A stretch of 64,000 bases of DNA. Source: Bacteroidales bacterium. Lineage in GTDB: Bacteria > Bacteroidota > Bacteroidia > Bacteroidales > DTU049. The DNA lies in assembly GCA_026418905.1 (NCBI GenBank), contig JAOAAK010000041.1, positions 20,619 through 84,618 of the forward strand, written 5' to 3'. A program made the position numbers and the translations under genes. Each line of letters opens with the position of its first letter. Position 1 is the first letter of the stretch. The notes beneath the pieces were generated by a model. It had not been told where the DNA came from and searched no databases. It worked only from the letters and a program-made list of their open reading frames with translations. This document shows positions 1 to 8,595 of this stretch, in pieces.

Positions 1-665
1 GTAACATGAATGGAGAACATTTCCGTGTTATGTGTATTCCGTATGATGCTGACCCGGGAACTCTTGCCAATCCGTCGGATGCATGCTACGCAAAAATCAG
101 TTTTCTATTGGTGAATCCTTTGCCAGTAGAATGGTCCTTTTTCAAAGTAAATGTGGTAGACCATGATGTGGTGCTTGAATGGGAAACGCAAAGCGAATTA
201 AATAGTGATTTTTTCATTCCAGAGAAAAGCCTCGATGGCATAAATTTTTCTCCCATCGGAAAAGTTCCCGCAGCAGGATTTAGTAATCAAATTAAGGAAT
301 ATTCTTTTACTGACCCAAACCTTTCGCCAGGAATGAGTTTTTATCGAATTAAGCAAGTTGACAAGGATGGGAAGTACTCTTATTCCACCACTCTTTCAGT
401 CATTAATGAAAATCCATCTACGACCCTATTTATTTCATCACCATTTACAGATCAACTAACCATCGAAACACAATATCCTATTTTGTATCCATCGACCTTA
501 TCTATTTACGATATACACGGGAAAATTGTTTATGAACAAAAGAACCTCATTATCAATGAAGAATCATCCTTACAAATTTCTTCCAACGGCTGGAAAAAAG
601 GAATCTACTTTGTCGTAATTCAAGGTCCATCATTGTATTTTACGTCTACCGTAGTTAAATTATAA
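1..665 (+). CDS. Secreted protein, 5'-truncated by the window edge, with T9SS type-A C-terminal sorting domain
   Basis: Frame of ORF 6..665 stays open to position 1. C-terminal 'LSIYDIHGKIVYEQ...GWKKGIYFVVIQ' looks like a Por secretion tail. The preceding 'LPVEWSFFKV..VLEWETQSELNSDFF..KSLDGINFSPIG..YRIKQVDKDGKYSYS' module is common in Bacteroidota surface proteins. Confidence 0.6.
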   Translation, partial: NMNGEHFRVMCIPYDADPGTLANPSDACYAKISFLLVNPLPVEWSFFKVNVVDHDVVLEWETQSELNSDFFIPEKSLDGINFSPIGKVPAAGFSNQIKEYSFTDPNLSPGMSFYRIKQVDKDGKYSYSTTLSVINENPSTTLFISSPFTDQLTIETQYPILYPSTLSIYDIHGKIVYEQKNLIINEESSLQISSNGWKKGIYFVVIQGPSLYFTSTVVKL

Positions 666-735
666 ATCGATCATTCTTTGCGTAAAAAAAATATCATCAA
701 ACACATTAAAGAGTTATCATAATTAAAATTTTATT

Positions 736-743
736 TACTTTTG
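736..743 (+). promoter_or_regulatory. Putative Bacteroidota -7 promoter box (TAnnTTTG) for the trp leader transcript
   Basis: 'tacttttg' matches TAnnTTTG exactly and lies 27 nt upstream of the leader ATG at 770. No clean -33 TTTG was seen. Confidence 0.35.
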
Positions 744-769
744 CAGAGAAAATTAGAAATTATATCAGG

Positions 770-823
770 ATGAAAAAATTATGTAAGTTTTTCTTCTGGT
801 GGCGTTTGAAGTTGTTCTGGTAG
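770..823 (+). CDS. Trp-rich leader peptide MKKLCKFFFWWRLKLFW (transcription attenuation leader)
   Basis: Hand translation: atg aaa aaa tta tgt aag ttt ttc ttc tgg tgg cgt ttg aag ttg ttc tgg tag. It has 3 Trp in 17 codons, including tandem WW. It sits between a promoter box and an intrinsic terminator, upstream of trpB. Confidence 0.6.
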   Translation: MKKLCKFFFWWRLKLFW

Positions 824-852
824 GGGGTAGCCTGTCCACGATATATTTTTTT

Positions 853-881
853 AACCGCAGGAACCCCTGCGGTTTTTTTTT
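853..881 (+). terminator. Intrinsic terminator (attenuator) upstream of trpB
   Basis: 9-bp stem aaccgcagg (853-861) / cctgcggtt (866-874), loop aacc, then a run of 9 T (873-881). It lies 122 nt upstream of the trpB ATG. Confidence 0.7.
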
Positions 882-1003
882 ATAAAAATTCAAAGTATGA
901 ATAAACATAGAAACATAAACAAAGATCCCCCATCGCAATAGATATAATCAAATTCCAAAAAATTTATTTCTATTGATGTTAAACCAAAAAATAAATAAAT
1001 AAT

Positions 1004-2194
1004 ATGAACACAAAAATTGACAATTTGTTAGTCCGTCCAAATGAAAAAATGTTAAAATACGATGGAAGATACGGAGAATACGGTGGTTCGTATGTTCCGG
1101 AGGTATTGCAAAGTCGGTTAGATAAGCTGGCTGAAGTATTTGAGCGATTTTCAAGAGATGAAGAATTTTTAAGTGAATTGGAGTATTATCTAACCACATA
1201 TGCTGGTCGACCTAGTCCGATCTATTATGCTCGTCGTCTTTCTGAATATGTTGGTTCGAGGATTTTTCTCAAAAGAGAAGACTTGAATCATACGGGTTCA
1301 CATAAGATTAATAATACGCTAGGACAAGGATTACTAGCAAAAAGAATGAATGCGAAAGAGTTGGTAGCCGAGACTGGAGCTGGTCAACATGGAGTTGCTA
1401 CTGCAACAGTGGCTGCATTGCTGGGTATTCCGTGTAAAATCTTCATGGGATCGATCGATTATGAACGGCAAAGCTTAAATGTGAAACGAATGGAACTTCT
1501 TGGAACCGAGGTCATACGTGTTGATCGAGGATATCAGGGATTAAAAGATGCAGTCGATGCAGCCATTGAATATTATTTTGAACATCCAGAAGCATTCTAT
1601 GTGCTTGGTTCCCAGGTAGGACCACATCCGTATCCCAAAATGGTAGGTTTTTTCCAAAGCGTTATTGGTCAAGAAGCAAGAGAACAAATTTTATCAAAGA
1701 TAGGAAAACTACCAGATGCCGTGGTTGCATCGGCAGGCGGGGGTAGTAACGCCATTGGAATATTTTCTGCTTTCCTAGACGATGAGAGAGTTTCTCTCTA
1801 TGGTGCTGAAGGAGGTGGACTTGATATTTCAGGAAAAACAGCAGCTACGCTTACTTATGGAAAACCCATCGTTTTTCAGGGCTTTTATTCTTATTGCCTC
1901 GTAGACGAAAATAATAATCCCGTACCATCTTATTCTATTGCTGCTGGCTTAGACTATCCAGGAATCAGCCCTCAACATGCATATCTGAAGGATACGGGAC
2001 GTGTTGTTTATTTTTCGATCACTGATGCTGAAGCAATAGAAGCTTTTAAACTTCTTTCTAAACTTGAAGGTATTACTCCAGCAATAGAGTCAAGCCATGC
2101 ACTTGCATTGGTCATTAAGCTTTTTAAAAACGCCGACAAAACTATCCTGGTGAATCTTTCGGGTAGAGGCGATAAGGATGTTTCACGCATATAA
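1004..2194 (+). CDS. trpB: Tryptophan synthase beta chain (TrpB1-type, PLP-dependent)
   Basis: 'YGEYGGSYVPE', 'LNHTGSHKINN' (PLP lysine), 'ETGAGQHGVATAT', 'GGGSNAIG'. Length is 396 aa. Confidence 0.93.
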   Translation: MNTKIDNLLVRPNEKMLKYDGRYGEYGGSYVPEVLQSRLDKLAEVFERFSRDEEFLSELEYYLTTYAGRPSPIYYARRLSEYVGSRIFLKREDLNHTGSHKINNTLGQGLLAKRMNAKELVAETGAGQHGVATATVAALLGIPCKIFMGSIDYERQSLNVKRMELLGTEVIRVDRGYQGLKDAVDAAIEYYFEHPEAFYVLGSQVGPHPYPKMVGFFQSVIGQEAREQILSKIGKLPDAVVASAGGGSNAIGIFSAFLDDERVSLYGAEGGGLDISGKTAATLTYGKPIVFQGFYSYCLVDENNNPVPSYSIAAGLDYPGISPQHAYLKDTGRVVYFSITDAEAIEAFKLLSKLEGITPAIESSHALALVIKLFKNADKTILVNLSGRGDKDVSRI

Positions 2195-2205
2195 TAATGA
2201 AGTAC

Positions 2206-2236
2206 AACGACCCTTGCTTATGTGAGGGTCGTTTTC
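2206..2236. terminator. Hairpin between convergent trpB and the 2243..2938 gene (possible bidirectional terminator)
   Basis: aacgaccct (2206-2214) pairs with agggtcgtt (2225-2233) around a 10-nt loop. The following T-run is short, so this is a weaker call. Confidence 0.4.
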
Positions 2237-2242
2237 TAACAA

Positions 2243-2938
2243 TTATTTTTTTAAGGAATGCAGTTCATTTAAGAATTCCTCTAAACTTTGAGAAGATTTC
2301 AAAAAACATGTTTCAGTATGATTTTTAAAAACAATGGTAATCGTTATGCAACCTTTGAGTCGTTGAGTTAGGTGAAGAGATGTTTTTTGCATGAAAGAAT
2401 AAGCTTTGACAGTTAGCATTTGAAAGGTAAGTTTGTCGATGGCTTTTTCTACTGGCTCGCCACCACTGTAATATCCAGAAGAACTCATAGAAGCTTCGAC
2501 TGGTTTATATTGAAACATATGAGATGTAAAGACAAAGGTATTTGAACTACCATCTGAAATAAAAAGAGAATCAGGTATTCCAATTTCTTTAAGTTTTGTT
2601 ATGATAATTTTTCTGTAGTTTTCTTTGTCTGCTTGTTTTTTATGTTCTGAAATAGTGCCTTTTATGATTACTTTCGCCTCAACCAGATGATCTTCGAAAC
2701 AACTCAAAGGATCAGCACATTTAATATTTATCACGTCTTCGATGATGAAGGTTTCATCGGTCGTGAGGAAATAGTATACCTTCTCTTTCATGCTATTTGC
2801 ACTTTGAGTAGTGATAATTCCTGTTATGGTTTCTTCTTTTGTGCTTTTGTTAGTTTTTGTTTCCATATTTCCTCTCTTGCAGAGAGTAACACTTATAGCA
2901 CATAAAAGAATTGCGACAAGAGGATACATTTTTTTCAA
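2243..2938 (-). CDS. Hypothetical secreted protein or lipoprotein
   Basis: N-terminal signal-like 'MKKMYPLVAILLCAISVTLC'. I recognise no motifs. Confidence 0.5.
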   Translation of the reverse strand: MKKMYPLVAILLCAISVTLCKRGNMETKTNKSTKEETITGIITTQSANSMKEKVYYFLTTDETFIIEDVINIKCADPLSCFEDHLVEAKVIIKGTISEHKKQADKENYRKIIITKLKEIGIPDSLFISDGSSNTFVFTSHMFQYKPVEASMSSSGYYSGGEPVEKAIDKLTFQMLTVKAYSFMQKTSLHLTQRLKGCITITIVFKNHTETCFLKSSQSLEEFLNELHSLKK

Positions 2939-3423
2939 ATTTAAAAAATTTTTTTAAATCTAATTATTTTTTATTCATGATAAAGTCTGGTCATGCTTTA
3001 TAAAGCAATTTAATTACAAAATCTATTTATGGTCTAATATTGCTGAAAAGTGAAAAAATATTTCTTTGTTATAGAAAAATATATTCAAAGTATGTAAAGT
3101 ACTTTGAATTTCTACTAATTGAGCATGATGAGGCAACTGTTAAAGATTAGGAATTTGAAAAAAATTCTTTCTCTCTACTTCCGACTTCAATTTTTGGATA
3201 AGAGATTATTGTTATTTTTTTGAGCGTATTACCTGTTAAACATTTATTCTATTTGTATAATTTTTACTGTGAGATTGGTAGTAAACCCTGTTTGACTTAG
3301 CAGGAAACATGATCGATGATTTTTAAGTTAATTGATCAATGAGTCTTATATGATAAGAAGATGTTATGTTACTCACTATTAAAGTAAAACAATTTATGCA
3401 TTCGCCAGGATGTTAACTTTCAT

Positions 3424-3449
3424 AAAAAAACACCAGCTTACAGCTGGTG
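3424..3449 (-). terminator. Intrinsic terminator closing the minus-strand array that ends at 3492
   Basis: On the minus strand: caccagct-gta-agctggtg followed by TTTTTTT (plus-strand aaaaaaa at 3424-3430). It lies 43 nt after the stop of the 3492..4790 gene. Confidence 0.7.
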
Positions 3450-3491
3450 CTTCGTGAGATTGGAGGGTGAGGGTATTATTGTACCGCAGGC

Positions 3492-4790
3492 TTACTTCCG
3501 ATGAATAGTAACCACTCCTTCTTCAATTATTCCATCAGGGAAACGCAAAATGTAAAGATAGCTTCCATCCTCACAATTTTCGCCATTCCAATCATTCCTG
3601 TAGTCTTTGCTAGAATAGACTAGGCCGTTATAACGGTTATACACGCGCAATTCGGTGCCAGGATATTTTTCTAGGTTGCCTATGATAAAGTAATCATTGA
3701 TTCCATCTCCATTAGGAGTAAAAGCTTTGGGTATATAGACATCACAATGACGAAGCTTAACATAAAAGCTGTCGATGTAAGTTTTGCATCCTTTAACATA
3801 AACATAATACCAACCGGGAACTTTTGTAACTACAGAAGATTCTTTGCTTTGAAATTGAGGCCATTCGTACGTATAATCGTCTGAGTTCTGTTGCGCAGAA
3901 AGCTGTACACCTTCGCTAAGACAACCGTTAATTAGATTTGAACTACTTAGCTTGGGTTTTGGAATGAATTTTACACGAATACTTTTGATTTGGGCATTTC
4001 CATTACTGAGAGACACAGTGACTCGATAAGTTCCACTTTCTTTGATGAGAATGGTAGAATTTGTTTCACCCGTACTCCATTTATAAGAAGTAGCACCAGG
4101 ACTATAAGCATTTAATCTCACGGGTGATTCAATGCAGGTATCTTGAGGAACCATCTCAAAGATGGAATAGTCTTGAACATAATCATTTTCGGTGGAGGTG
4201 GTTTCGTTGATGGGTGTGGCATCTTCTGCATCGGTTACATAAATATAAGTTGGAGATTTCACAGTTGAATAAGAAGTGGAGGACGATATTTGTCCTTCAT
4301 ATTGTTTGATGATATATTCTTTTGTTTCTTCTTCCAAGGGAAGTTTTTGAATTGTTTGGTAAATTTTATCGGGCTTTGCTTGAGGATTGATGACAACATG
4401 AGCTTTTTTTGTGGTTTCTTCGTTCATGCCAATGAGTAAAACAGGATTGGTGTTTGCATCGTTGATGGCTACGACCGGATATGTTTTCGAAGTAATGGCT
4501 GTAGAATCAATTAAAGATTGTTGGCTTGGGGAGTTTTGAACTGAAAAAAGATGTATAAAATACCATACAGAGGTTACTATTGCTATTCCACCCAAAGTAA
4601 TGAGACCGATTTTTATAATTTGTGACCATGGTGTTATGAGTGGAATGTTTTTTACTTTGGAAATAATTTCAACACCTAATTGATTAAAATAATTATCAGG
4701 AACTTTAAATGGATTTTCATCGCCTGTTAGTTGCCTCAATTTTTCTTCATCCTTATTAATCAATAAATCAGATAACTTATTTTTTCTCAT
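3492..4790 (-). CDS. Anti-sigma-like single-pass membrane protein with Ig-like repeats and T9SS type-B (gliding-motility CHU_C) C-terminal sorting domain
   Basis: About 55-aa N-terminal region ('PFKVPDNYFNQL'), then the hydrophobic helix 'IIKIGLITLGGIAIVTSVWYFIHLF'. C-terminus 'IPKAFTPNGDGINDYFII..LRVYNRYNGLVYSS..WNGE..DGSYLYILRF' matches the type-B CTD pattern. It starts 35 nt after the ECF sigma gene. Confidence 0.7.
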   Translation of the reverse strand: MRKNKLSDLLINKDEEKLRQLTGDENPFKVPDNYFNQLGVEIISKVKNIPLITPWSQIIKIGLITLGGIAIVTSVWYFIHLFSVQNSPSQQSLIDSTAITSKTYPVVAINDANTNPVLLIGMNEETTKKAHVVINPQAKPDKIYQTIQKLPLEEETKEYIIKQYEGQISSSTSYSTVKSPTYIYVTDAEDATPINETTSTENDYVQDYSIFEMVPQDTCIESPVRLNAYSPGATSYKWSTGETNSTILIKESGTYRVTVSLSNGNAQIKSIRVKFIPKPKLSSSNLINGCLSEGVQLSAQQNSDDYTYEWPQFQSKESSVVTKVPGWYYVYVKGCKTYIDSFYVKLRHCDVYIPKAFTPNGDGINDYFIIGNLEKYPGTELRVYNRYNGLVYSSKDYRNDWNGENCEDGSYLYILRFPDGIIEEGVVTIHRK

Positions 4791-4824
4791 ACCGATAAAT
4801 TTGACTATTGAACATTAAAAAAGT

Positions 4825-5376
4825 TTAATCATTTTTAGCTAAATTTTCCAAAATTTTTTTGACCACAATATGATAGGTTACTTTAAGAGTTGAGATGTTA
4901 GTTTTCAGAATTTGTGAAATTTGATCGTAGCTAAGATTATTAAAGTATTTGAGAATAAAAACGATTTTTTGTTTTTCTGGTAGCTTTTGAATTTCATGCC
5001 AGAGTTTTTGTTGAATTTTTGAACCTGAAAAGTATGAGTCTGCTTTAAAACTATCACCAGTTTGTTCGATCATTTCTTCAAGGGAAATCTTGAGATGGGC
5101 TTTTTTGTTTTTTAAGAAACTCAGAGCTTCATTAATGGCTATGCGATACATCCAAGTAAAAATTCGAGAATCCTCTTTGAAGAAGGGGATGTATTTCCAT
5201 ATTTTGATAAAAGTATTTTGGACAATGTCATTAGCATCATCATGGTCGAAAACGATTCGACGAACTACCCAATAAATATTTTCTTTGTATTTATTGACTA
5301 GATAAGTAAATCCACGTTCACGTGTAGCATCACTTTTGAGTAGGGCTAGAATTTCACTGTCTGTAGGATGGGCCAT
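4825..5376 (-). CDS. ECF-type RNA polymerase sigma-70 factor
   Basis: Region 2 'DANDIVQNTFIKIWK..FTWMYRIAINEALSFL' and region 4 HTH 'LPEKQKIVFILKYFNNLSYDQISQILKTNISTLK'. Length is 183 aa. Confidence 0.85.
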   Translation of the reverse strand: MAHPTDSEILALLKSDATRERGFTYLVNKYKENIYWVVRRIVFDHDDANDIVQNTFIKIWKYIPFFKEDSRIFTWMYRIAINEALSFLKNKKAHLKISLEEMIEQTGDSFKADSYFSGSKIQQKLWHEIQKLPEKQKIVFILKYFNNLSYDQISQILKTNISTLKVTYHIVVKKILENLAKND

Positions 5377-5383
5377 GGGAGGG

Positions 5384-6337
5384 TTATTTACGTTTGATAA
5401 CTTGCAGTGTTTTCTGGATAATACTTTGATAATTAAGTTGATATTTATTCATCAGTTCTGTTGGCGTTCCACTTTCCCCGAATTGATCTTGCATGCATAC
5501 CATCTCTATGGGGACTGGATGATAAAGGGTGGCAATACCGGCTATTAATTCACCAAGACCTCCGGCCTTAAGATGTTCTTCTGCAGTGACTGCACAACCT
5601 GTTTTTTGCAAAGAATAAATTATTTGGTTTTCATCGAGAGGTTTCAACGTATGTATGTTAATAACTTCTGCAGAAATGTTATATTGCTCAAAAAGAATTC
5701 TAGCAGCCTCTAATGCTTCCCATACCATATGACCTGTGGCGAAAATAGAAACGTCTAGACCTTCTTGAAGCACTAATGCTTTGCCCAGTTCAAATGGAAG
5801 ATCCCAAGTGAAATCTGGCACAGATGGGCGACCAAATCGCAAATATACAGGGCCCTCCCATTCAGCTATAGCAAGAGTTGCCTTATAAGTTTGACTGTAA
5901 TCACAAGGATTGATCACAGTCATATTGGGTAGAGATCGCATCAAGGCGAGATCTTCCATCATTTGATGTGTGGCTCCATCTTCGCCCACAGTAAGGCCAG
6001 CATGTGAAGCGCAAATCTTAACATTTTTTTGACTGTAAGCAATACTTTGTCTTATCTGATCGTAAACTCTACCTGTAGCAAAAACAGCAAAAGTTCCAAC
6101 AAAAGGAATAAATCCAGAAGATGCAAGGCCTGCTGCTATTCCCATCATGTTGGCTTCCGCAATTCCAACCTGGAAGAAACGATGGGGGAATTCTCTGGCA
6201 AAAATATCCATTTTCAGTGAACTTGTAAGATCTGCACATAAGGCAACCACGCGTGAATTATTCTTGCCAAGTTCAAGCAATGCATCTCCAAAACCTGATC
6301 GCGTGTCTTTCATCTGACGACTTTTGTAGTACTTCAT
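5384..6337 (-). CDS. Transketolase, C-terminal subunit (pyrimidine-binding and C-terminal domains)
   Basis: '[13 protein letters not shown]', '[18 protein letters not shown]', '[14 protein letters not shown]', 'GESG'. Length is 317 aa, typical of split transketolase. Confidence 0.9.
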   Translation of the reverse strand: MKYYKSRQMKDTRSGFGDALLELGKNNSRVVALCADLTSSLKMDIFAREFPHRFFQVGIAEANMMGIAAGLASSGFIPFVGTFAVFATGRVYDQIRQSIAYSQKNVKICASHAGLTVGEDGATHQMMEDLALMRSLPNMTVINPCDYSQTYKATLAIAEWEGPVYLRFGRPSVPDFTWDLPFELGKALVLQEGLDVSIFATGHMVWEALEAARILFEQYNISAEVINIHTLKPLDENQIIYSLQKTGCAVTAEEHLKAGGLGELIAGIATLYHPVPIEMVCMQDQFGESGTPTELMNKYQLNYQSIIQKTLQVIKRK

Positions 6338-6348
6338 ATGAAAAGAAT

Positions 6349-7746
6349 TTAATACATGGACATATTGATTCTTAGGGTTTGCCCCGATTCAATTTTAAAT
6401 TTTTTTTCTATACTAGCTTGAGCTTTAGTTTGATACTTTGCTCTAAAAACTGCAATGTATTCCCCTGGCATGAGATAAAGAATTTCTTGGATTGAATTCT
6501 CAGGGAAAACATGAACGCGTTCTATTTCATTTCTACTTTTCCGCCAGAGTAGAAATCCGTAGCCATCAGAGGGAAACTGAAAAATGACGTATCCCGGTTC
6601 TTCAATTTCAATGGTTGTAGTCGTATTTTGATTGATTTCAACATCTTTTAGTTCTATAGGAGGAATAGTATTGATACGAATATCGTATTTCCCTACAAGG
6701 TATTTGACCGGCTGCTTAAACCACTGGGTATTGAGAAGCTGGCAACTTCCAGACTGATAAACCATGATGGGAATAGGAGTATTACCTTGGCTTAATTTGC
6801 CTTTAGTTTTTACAACAAGAGTTCCCTGACCTGCAAAAGTACCCACGGTGGTGTGATAGCCAGGTCTCAAGACAAGTGAATCTATGAAGACAGGGGGTAA
6901 GGTGTGAACTTTAATATAGTATTTAGGAATAGGGTCAATATAAAGTGTATCGGGTACTCCTCTTGCGTTTAATGTATGGATAAAGTGATAGCGAGGAAGA
7001 TTGCTAACTTTATCAAATAAAGTAATGGGTACATTGGTTTCTGAAGGTTGCTGGTATACGTCTAGCAAATTTATCTGGCATGTTGTAGGATTCAAAGCTT
7101 GAGAAATAACAACATGTATAACTCTTCTGAATTCTTCTTCGGTTGAGCCATCAAAATACATACCCACACAATTGAAAGCTTCAGAAAAATTCTGACCGAT
7201 TCCAATGATGAAAGGTTTTAGAATAATACCTTTTTCTTGTAGTTCTTTAGAAACAGCACATGGATCGCCTCTACATTCTTCGATTCCATCGGTGATAAGA
7301 ATAATAATATTACGGCAATCTTCGCACGGAGGAAAGTCATTGGCAGCAAGTTGAAGTGAAAGTGCTATAGGTGTTGTCCCGCTGGGTACTAGTGATCGGA
7401 TTCGGTTTTTGATTTTATCAATGTTGTTTGGGGCAAAAGGTATCTCAAGTCGACTATCGTCGCAGTCCTGTGGTGGAAATGTTTTGGTATGGCCATACAC
7501 ACGTAAAGCAAACTCAACATTTTTGGCATTTCTGAGGCTATCAAGAAGTTCGAACATAATGTTTTTAGCAACATTAATTTTAATGTCGCTTTGCCATTTG
7601 CCATACATGGATTGACTAGCATCAAATAAAAAAAGTATTCGTGTAAGCTTTGGTTTAATTTTGGGTGGAATGCCCTGGGATTTAATTTCTGATGAGGTAA
7701 GTATGACAATAGAAAATATTAGAAAAAATTTTTTAAAAATCTCCAT
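6349..7746 (-). CDS. Secreted von Willebrand factor type A (vWA) domain protein
   Basis: MIDAS residues '[12 protein letters not shown]', 'GTTPIALSL', '[11 protein letters not shown]'. The start was trimmed to ATG 7746 ('[19 protein letters not shown]' signal). It still overlaps the stop of the upstream transketolase subunit by 14 nt. Confidence 0.75.
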   Translation of the reverse strand: MEIFKKFFLIFSIVILTSSEIKSQGIPPKIKPKLTRILFLFDASQSMYGKWQSDIKINVAKNIMFELLDSLRNAKNVEFALRVYGHTKTFPPQDCDDSRLEIPFAPNNIDKIKNRIRSLVPSGTTPIALSLQLAANDFPPCEDCRNIIILITDGIEECRGDPCAVSKELQEKGIILKPFIIGIGQNFSEAFNCVGMYFDGSTEEEFRRVIHVVISQALNPTTCQINLLDVYQQPSETNVPITLFDKVSNLPRYHFIHTLNARGVPDTLYIDPIPKYYIKVHTLPPVFIDSLVLRPGYHTTVGTFAGQGTLVVKTKGKLSQGNTPIPIMVYQSGSCQLLNTQWFKQPVKYLVGKYDIRINTIPPIELKDVEINQNTTTTIEIEEPGYVIFQFPSDGYGFLLWRKSRNEIERVHVFPENSIQEILYLMPGEYIAVFRAKYQTKAQASIEKKFKIESGQTLRINMSMY

Positions 7747-8587
7747 AAGTTTCCGGAATTTCCCGAATAGCTTGATTAAATTGTTCCTCATTGGGAGGAC
7801 TTCCATGCCATTTGTGGTTATTTTCCATAAATGAAACGCCTTTTCCCATAATGGTGTGCATGAGAATCACGATAGGTTTGCCTTTATAACTTAATCTTTT
7901 TGCTTGGAGAAGGGTATTATAAATTTCTTGGTGGTTATGGCCATCCATTTCGAGAACCTCGAAACCAAATGCTTGCCACTTTTGATGAAGATTTCCAAGG
8001 TTTAAGACTTCAGAAACTGGACCATCTATTTGCTTGTTGTTCCAATCGACAATGGCTATTAAATTATCAACATTTTTGGCTCCGGCGAACATGGCTGCTT
8101 CCCAGATTTGACCTTCTTGTATCTCGCCATCACCCATTAAGCAAAAAACATGATATGGGTCATTGTGAAGCTTTTTGCCAAGTGCAAAACCAATAGCAAC
8201 GGATAATCCCTGTCCGAGAGAACCAGTGGAAATTCGAATACCAGGAAGCCCTTCAGCATTTGTAGGATGGCCTTGGAGGCGAGAATTTATTTTTCTGAAA
8301 GTAGATAGTTCTTCTAATGGAAAGTAACCACAACGTGCTAATACACTATACCATAGAGCACTTAAATGTCCGTTGGAAAGAATAAAAACATCTTCTCCAA
8401 TTCCGTCAAGAGTGAATGTTTCTGGGGAATGTTTTAATATTTTGCTAAAATAAAGTGTTACCATGAAATCAGCACATCCTAATGCACCTCCTGGATGTCC
8501 AGATTTGGCATGGTATATCATCCTGAGAATGTCCCTTCTCACTTGTTGAGACATTTTAATTAAATCAAGATCATCAATTACCATCAT
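7733..8587 (-). CDS. Transketolase, N-terminal (thiamine-diphosphate-binding) subunit
   Basis: 'SGHPGGALG', 'LSNGH', 'GSLGQGLSVAIG', 'GDGEIQEGQIWEA', 'DWNNKQIDG'. Length is 284 aa. Confidence 0.9.
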   Translation of the reverse strand: MMVIDDLDLIKMSQQVRRDILRMIYHAKSGHPGGALGCADFMVTLYFSKILKHSPETFTLDGIGEDVFILSNGHLSALWYSVLARCGYFPLEELSTFRKINSRLQGHPTNAEGLPGIRISTGSLGQGLSVAIGFALGKKLHNDPYHVFCLMGDGEIQEGQIWEAAMFAGAKNVDNLIAIVDWNNKQIDGPVSEVLNLGNLHQKWQAFGFEVLEMDGHNHQEIYNTLLQAKRLSYKGKPIVILMHTIMGKGVSFMENNHKWHGSPPNEEQFNQAIREIPETYGDF

Positions 8588-8595
8588 AAATGAGT

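Noticed and set aside
948-1199. 83-aa minus-strand ORF spanning the trpB start region.
   Set aside because: It overlaps the conserved trpB N-terminus in antisense and has no signal or motif. It is a shadow ORF.
3125-3223. 32-codon ORF (MMRQLLKIRNLKKILSLYFRLQFLDKRLLLFF) in the long AT-rich gap.
   Set aside because: It has no promoter box or conservation evidence available, and its composition is what AT-rich non-coding DNA yields by chance. It is kept only as a note under the intergenic-gap finding.
7389-7709. 106-aa and 68-aa ORFs inside the vWA gene.
   Set aside because: They are alternative-frame or antisense ORFs within a gene that has a complete MIDAS motif set, and nothing independent supports them.
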